From positions 1,472,001-1,536,000 of the forward strand of contig CAWEZH010000002.1 in the NCBI GenBank assembly GCA_963813535.1: a stretch of DNA of 64,000 bases, read 5' to 3'. This DNA is from an uncultured Chloroflexia bacterium (GTDB lineage Bacteria; Chloroflexota; Limnocylindria; Limnocylindrales; CSP1-4). The notes beneath the pieces are model-generated. The model worked only from the letters and a program-made list of their open reading frames with translations, made no database searches and was not told where the DNA came from. The position numbers were made by a program, and so were the translations under genes. Positions within the stretch are counted from its first letter, which is position 1. Every line of letters starts with the position of its first letter. Of this stretch, positions 58,748-64,000 are shown piece by piece.

Positions 58748-61700
58748 ATGGTCGCCCGGCGCGATTTCCACGTCCGACGGACCGCTCGCGAGCGCTACGG
58801 CATCGACGACTCCCTGCTCGGCATCCGTGGCGACATCGCGGTCGCCGACCTGGATGCCATCCGGACGCTCGCCCAGCGCATGAACGAGGAGCGGCCGCCC
58901 GAGGCGCCAGGCGTGTCGGCCGGCGAGATCGGAGCGCTCGGGCTCCTGCACGAGGTCGGTCACCTCCTGATCACGCGCCAGGCGGCGGGCGGACCGACGA
59001 TGGCGACAGCGATGCGCGACGTCCGGCGCCGATTGCGCGACGACCTCGATCGGCTCCTGGACCGATTCGCGGCGGCGTTTCCCGGCGTCGGACCGGCACG
59101 CGAGCCACCGGTCGTCCAGCTCGAGGAGCTGTTGCTGACCCGGGTCAGCAACGAGAACCCGGCGATCGGTCCCCTGCGCGAGCTGGTCGACGACCGCATC
59201 CTGGCGGAGGGCACGCGCTACGACGACGCCATCGCAGGGCTCGAGGGCGTCTTCGCCGGCGGGGAGCTCCTCGACGTCGGCGACGGGACGAAGGCATCCC
59301 TCGTCGAGTTGCTGCGCGCGCCGGCCCACCACGCCCCGACATCGCTCGCCGGCCAGCTGCGCTACGTCCGCGACAGATGGGGCCGCATGCTCGGCCCGGA
59401 CCTCGACGCGCTCATCGGTCGCATGGACATCGCCATCGGCATCCTGGCCGAGGAGGAGCGGGCGATGCATCAGCGGTTCGGCGGTCCGTCCGACGGTCGC
59501 GAGGTGCACCCGCCATCGTTCCGAGGGCTCGCCGACGAGCCCGAACGCTTCTCGGTCGATTCGGCCTGGATGCCGCGACTCGTGCTCATGGCCAAGAGCA
59601 CGTACGTCTGGCTCGACCAGCTGTCGCGCGAGTTCCAGCGCGACATCCGCACCCTCGACGCGGTGCCGGACGAAGCGCTCGACAGGCTGGCCTCGTGGGG
59701 CGTCAGCGGCTTGTGGTTGATCGGGCTGTGGCAGCGGTCCGTCGCCTCCGAGCGCATCAAGCGGATGCGCGGCAACGCCGAGGCCGTCGCGTCGGCGTAC
59801 TCGCTCGACGACTACCGGATCGCCGACGACCTCGGTGGCGAGGACGCTTATGGGAACCTGCGCGACCGCGCCTGGGCGCGGGGGATCAGGCTGGCCAGCG
59901 ACATGGTGCCCAACCACATGGGCATCGATTCGCGCTGGGTCATCGACCATCCCGAGTGGTTCCTGTCGCTGCCCCGACCGCCCTACCCTGCCTACACCTT
60001 CAGCGGTCCGGACCTGGCACCGGATGCGCCGGCGGGAGTCGTCATCGAGGACCACTACTGGGACGACAGCGATGCCGCGGTCGTGTTCAAGCGGTTCGAC
60101 CGGTCGACCGGCGAGGAACGCTTCATCTACCACGGCAACGACGGCACGAGCTTCCCGTGGAACGACACCGCGCAACTCGACTTCCTGGACCCGGAGGTCC
60201 GCGAGCAGGTCATCCGCACGATCATCGACGTCGCGCGGCGTTTCTCGGTGATCCGTTTCGACGCTGCGATGGTCCTCGCCAAGCGACACGTCCGGCGGCT
60301 GTGGTGGCCGGAGCCCGGGGCCGGCGACGGTATCCCGTCCCGGGCCGCCCACGCCATGAGCCAGGCCGAGTTCGATGCGCGCATGCCGGTCGAGTTCTGG
60401 CGCGAGGTGGTCGACCGGGTCGCGGCCGAGGTGCCCGACACGCTCCTGCTGGCCGAGGCGTTCTGGATGCTCGAGGGCTACTTCGTGCGGACACTCGGCA
60501 TGCACCGCGTCTACAACAGCGCGTTCATGCACATGCTCCGTGACGAGAACGGCTCCGGCTACCGACGGCTGATGCGCGAGACCCTCGAGTTCGACCCCGA
60601 GATCCTCAAGCGCTACGTCAACTTCATGAGCAACCCCGATGAGAAGACCGCGGTCGAGCAGTTCGGCAAGGGCGACAAGTACTTCGGCGTCGCGACGGTG
60701 ATGGCGACGCTGCCCGGTCTGCCGATGATCGGCCACGGCCAGATCGAGGGGTTCGGCGAGAAGTACGGCATGGAGTTCCGTCGGGCGACCCTCGATGAGC
60801 AGCCCGACCCGTGGTTGGTCGAGCGCCATCAGCGGGAGATCTTCCCGCTGCTCCATCGACGGGCATGGTTCGCGGAGGCGCACGACTTCCTGCTGTACGA
60901 CTTCCACACCGACGGCGGGGCGGTCGACGAGAGCGTGCTGGCCTACTCGAACGGCCACGGACCGACGCGTTCGGTGGTCGTCTTCCACGACCGGTTCTCG
61001 TCGACGGCCGGGACGATCCGGGAGTCCGTGGCGTACGCCCGCAAGTCCGCAAGCGGCGCGAAGCGGCTGGTCCGCCGGACCCTCGCCGAGGGTCTCGGGC
61101 TGCCGGACGATCCTGCCCTGTTCATCACGTTCAAGGACGCCCGGACGGGGTCGTCGTACCTGCGCTCCAGCCACGATATCCACGAGCGGGGACTGTGGCT
61201 GACCCTCGACGCCTATCAGGGCCACGTGTTCTGGGAGTTCCGCGAACTGCGCGACGGCATGTCCGGGCAGTGGCGCCGGCTGGCGGAACGGCTCGGCGGG
61301 CGGGGCGTGGTCTCGCTCGACGAGGCACTGCTCGAGCTCCAGCTGGAGCCGGTCCACGGGCCGTTGCGGTCGTTCTTCGAGGACGGGCACGTGGCGGCGG
61401 TCCTCGACCAGTCGGCCGGCGATGCCGACCTCGACGTGCTGGAGGATCGGTTGGCCGCGTTGTTGCGAGCGGTGGCCACGGCGACCAGCGTCAGCGGCGA
61501 CCCGGTCACGACCGCGGCACGGATCCGCGACGAGGCGGCCGCGGCCTACGGCGAGACGGCGGAGGGCATGTCGCGCGAAGATCGCGCGGCGCTCCTCGGC
61601 TGGCTGGTCCTGTCACGGCTGGGCGAGCTGGCCCCGGGCGCCGATGTCGCCGCGACCAGCCTGGCCTGGTACGACGAGCTGCGGATGGCGCCGATCGTGG

Positions 61701-62092
61701 CAGCCGGCTTCCGCTCGGCCGGGCTCGACGAAGCATCCTCCTGGTCCGTCGCCGACCTCGTCCGCGTGCTGCTCGCGCTGCCTCGGCCGAGCACGATCCG
61801 CGGTCGTGGCAGGAGCGCCGACCTGCGCCTCCTCGAGGCGTGGCTCGCGCGCGACCCGATCCGCGCCGCGATGGGCGTCAACACCTGGGAGGGTACGGAG
61901 TGGCTCGACCGCGACCGGTTCGTGACCCTCCTGCGCTGGGCGACACGTCTCGACGCGATCGAGTCGGGTCGCGACCCCGACCAGCGGTTCGTGTCGCGGC
62001 TCGGACGTGCCGCGGAGGCGGCAGGCTATCGGGTCGACGAGCTGCTGGCGACCCTCAGCCGGCCGAGCCCGGCCCGTCCCCGGCGTCACTAG
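58748..62092 (+). CDS. Large GH13 alpha-amylase family protein
   Basis: DMVPNH, RFDAAM, LAEAFW, NPDE catalytic regions; about 1114 aa. Confidence 0.9.
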   Translation: MVARRDFHVRRTARERYGIDDSLLGIRGDIAVADLDAIRTLAQRMNEERPPEAPGVSAGEIGALGLLHEVGHLLITRQAAGGPTMATAMRDVRRRLRDDLDRLLDRFAAAFPGVGPAREPPVVQLEELLLTRVSNENPAIGPLRELVDDRILAEGTRYDDAIAGLEGVFAGGELLDVGDGTKASLVELLRAPAHHAPTSLAGQLRYVRDRWGRMLGPDLDALIGRMDIAIGILAEEERAMHQRFGGPSDGREVHPPSFRGLADEPERFSVDSAWMPRLVLMAKSTYVWLDQLSREFQRDIRTLDAVPDEALDRLASWGVSGLWLIGLWQRSVASERIKRMRGNAEAVASAYSLDDYRIADDLGGEDAYGNLRDRAWARGIRLASDMVPNHMGIDSRWVIDHPEWFLSLPRPPYPAYTFSGPDLAPDAPAGVVIEDHYWDDSDAAVVFKRFDRSTGEERFIYHGNDGTSFPWNDTAQLDFLDPEVREQVIRTIIDVARRFSVIRFDAAMVLAKRHVRRLWWPEPGAGDGIPSRAAHAMSQAEFDARMPVEFWREVVDRVAAEVPDTLLLAEAFWMLEGYFVRTLGMHRVYNSAFMHMLRDENGSGYRRLMRETLEFDPEILKRYVNFMSNPDEKTAVEQFGKGDKYFGVATVMATLPGLPMIGHGQIEGFGEKYGMEFRRATLDEQPDPWLVERHQREIFPLLHRRAWFAEAHDFLLYDFHTDGGAVDESVLAYSNGHGPTRSVVVFHDRFSSTAGTIRESVAYARKSASGAKRLVRRTLAEGLGLPDDPALFITFKDARTGSSYLRSSHDIHERGLWLTLDAYQGHVFWEFRELRDGMSGQWRRLAERLGGRGVVSLDEALLELQLEPVHGPLRSFFEDGHVAAVLDQSAGDADLDVLEDRLAALLRAVATATSVSGDPVTTAARIRDEAAAAYGETAEGMSREDRAALLGWLVLSRLGELAPGADVAATSLAWYDELRMAPIVAAGFRSAGLDEASSWSVADLVRVLLALPRPSTIRGRGRSADLRLLEAWLARDPIRAAMGVNTWEGTEWLDRDRFVTLLRWATRLDAIESGRDPDQRFVSRLGRAAEAAGYRVDELLATLSRPSPARPRRH

Positions 62093-63396
62093 CGACCGCC
62101 GGTGCCGGTTCGAGCCTCTGGCCTCGGGACGCACTGACCACCCCGCGGCGCGGCCGCACCTCGATGCCGGATCCATGCTCGGGGGCATCGGGCGGCAGCT
62201 GCTCGACCGCCCTCGCAAAGGCGCGAACGGCCGGTCCGGCGGTCAGGCCGTGCGCGTACACGCTCAGCACGACCGTCGCGACCACCGCCGATACGACGAC
62301 GGGGGCGAAGCTGGGTGAGCCGCCGCCATCCCCGATCGCGACGATCGCGAGCACGATGGACGCAAGGCCCCGTGGTCCGAACCAGCCCATGAAGAGGACG
62401 CTCGGTCGCGACAGACCGGTCCCGAGGAGCGCCAGCGCGACCGGCAGGATCCGAACCAGCGTCAGCGCGAGCAGGGCGAAGACGATGACGTCGGACGTCA
62501 TACCCCCCGATGCTCGGGACGAGAACGCCGAACAGGAAGAAGGTCAAGAGGGCGAGCAGCTCACCGCCGACCTCGCCGACCTCGAGGTCCTCGTCCTGGG
62601 CACGCCCGATGGTCGCGGCGTAGGCCAGCCCGCCGACGAAGGCCGCCACGAAGGCGTTGCCGTCGATCTCATGGGCGACGAACAGCGCGAGCAGGGCCAT
62701 GGCGGGGGCCGCGATCCAGCGAGCGGCGGGCAGGATCAGGCCGCGCCGGTCGGCGATGCGGAAGAGCAGGGCGCCGCCCGCCCCGACGAGGATGCCGGCC
62801 AGCGTCCCACTCAACACCTGCGTGACCGCGGTCCGGAGCAGACCGCCCTCCTCGGCCGGAGTGGCGGCCGCGGCGATGGCGGCTGCGACGACGACGATGG
62901 GCGTCACCAGGCCGTCGTTGAGCCCTGATTCGACGTTGAGCGCCTGGCGCACTCGGAGTGGCACCCGCGGACTGATGACGACGATGGCGCCCAGTGAGGC
63001 ATCGGTCGGCGCCACGAGGGCGGCCAGCAGGAGTGCCTCGACCAGCGTGAGGCCGGGCAGCAGCACGAGCGCGGCAGCCAGGCCGAGCACGAGCGTCAGG
63101 GGGAACCCGATCGCAAGGAGCCGGACGGGCAGAGCCGCCGTGCCGCGCAGCGCCCCGACGTCGATGCGAGCGGCATCGACGAAGAGGGCCAGGATGAGTG
63201 CCAGCTCGCCCGCACCGTGGAGGAGCTCGGTGTCGAAGCCGAGGGTCTCGGGCTCGGCGACGAGCAACCCGGCAGCGATCCCGAGCGTGAGCAGGACGAT
63301 GTGGGGCGTCAGGCTCCATCGGTCCAGGACTCGGGAGACGAGCGCGTACCCCAGCAAGCCGAGGACGAACAGCCCGAAGATCACCATCGACGGCAC
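62055..63396 (-). CDS. Cation:proton antiporter (CPA1); apparent +1 frameshift in G6 run at ~62503-62508
   Basis: LFVDA, APTDA, ESGLNDG in one frame; LVRILPV, GWFGPRGLAS, HGLTA in the next. Confidence 0.88.
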
Positions 63397-63471
63397 CCTC
63401 CACGCGCATCATGCGCAGCGGACGATCCCTCGGTGAGGGCGTCGCCCGGTGGATTCCGGCCGGCGTCGGCC

Positions 63472-64000
63472 TCAGCCGACGAGGAGCCGACGAAGCAGCG
63501 ACGTCGGCGGAGCGCCGTGACCGATCACGGCCTCGAGATGGTCGCGGTACCGGAAGGCCGGCGTGTCGCCGAGTCCACCGGGTAACGCCCGTGGCTGGAT
63601 CGCCGACGCGTCGGCGCCTGCGCCGCCTTCCGCCCGGCGCCGCGCATCGAGCTCGATATCCCACATCTCCATCGATCCGGCGAAATACGTCGAGAGCTGC
63701 GTCGACGACAGGCGCGCCCGTCGGAACTTGGCGCGTGCCTCGGCCTCTTCCTGGAAGCCACCGTCGACCATGAGCCGGACGGCCTCCTCCTCGGTCATCC
63801 CGTCGCAATGGATCCGCGCATCGATGATCGCGTTGGTGACGGAGCGCAGGTAGAACTTCCAATGGGTGAGCAACAGGGCGGGATCGTCCGCGCCGTAGCC
63901 GGCATCCATCATCACCTGCGTCACGTACACGGCCCAGCCCTCGGCGAACAGGCCGCTCTGGAAGATGCTCCGCGGCAGCGACGACGAGCGGTTGGCGTAG
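63472..64000 (-). CDS. DUF885 family protein (5' part outside the window)
   Basis: FAEGWAVY, IIDARIH, TQLSTYFAG, GHGAPP motifs. Confidence 0.85.
   Translation of the reverse strand, partial: YANRSSSLPRSIFQSGLFAEGWAVYVTQVMMDAGYGADDPALLLTHWKFYLRSVTNAIIDARIHCDGMTEEEAVRLMVDGGFQEEAEARAKFRRARLSSTQLSTYFAGSMEMWDIELDARRRAEGGAGADASAIQPRALPGGLGDTPAFRYRDHLEAVIGHGAPPTSLLRRLLVG

Noticed and set aside
62495-62515. Phase-variable or programmed frameshift at the G6 run
   Set aside because: The run is short and fits the window-wide pattern of single-base insertion errors.

Overview
A GC-rich, gene-dense bacterial chromosomal window with about 60 CDS. Gene content and style suggest Chloroflexota, possibly Limnocylindria-like; this is inference only. 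Left to right it holds a suf operon (sufB, an inserted CYTH-like gene, sufD) behind a sigma70 promoter with an IscR/Rrf2-like box; CAP, OsmC and phosphotriesterase-TetR/MMPL genes; and two ECF sigma/anti-sigma pairs. It continues with class-III aminotransferases, an aldehyde dehydrogenase, a split CoA-transferase, a voltage-gated K+ channel, fabI, a Fur-DsbB-TlpA operon divergent from a NiCoT-like transporter, an ABC exporter, a GAF-GAF-GGDEF protein and a Hanks kinase. The right part has tRNA-Gly(TCC) with a decayed 2.3 kb integrative island, an ArsR-SRPBCC pair, and a glycogen/alpha-glucan cluster (glgA, glgP, two GH57, GntR, GH13). The most notable unexplained signals are: (1) three exact GGGAACC-N13-CGGTGTA promoters defining a likely ECF regulon (sigma/anti-sigma, beta-propeller lipoprotein, membrane-anchored cupredoxin); (2) an apparently shared extracellular sensor domain on an anti-sigma factor and a Ser/Thr kinase; (3) a CYTH-like gene translationally coupled inside the suf operon; (4) repeated -10 hexamer-N6-start codon leaderless architecture; and (5) an LPPTD-type sorting signal on an island-borne surface protein. 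Six single-base insertions break five ordinary genes and are probably read errors. All family calls come from motif recognition by eye; no searches were run.
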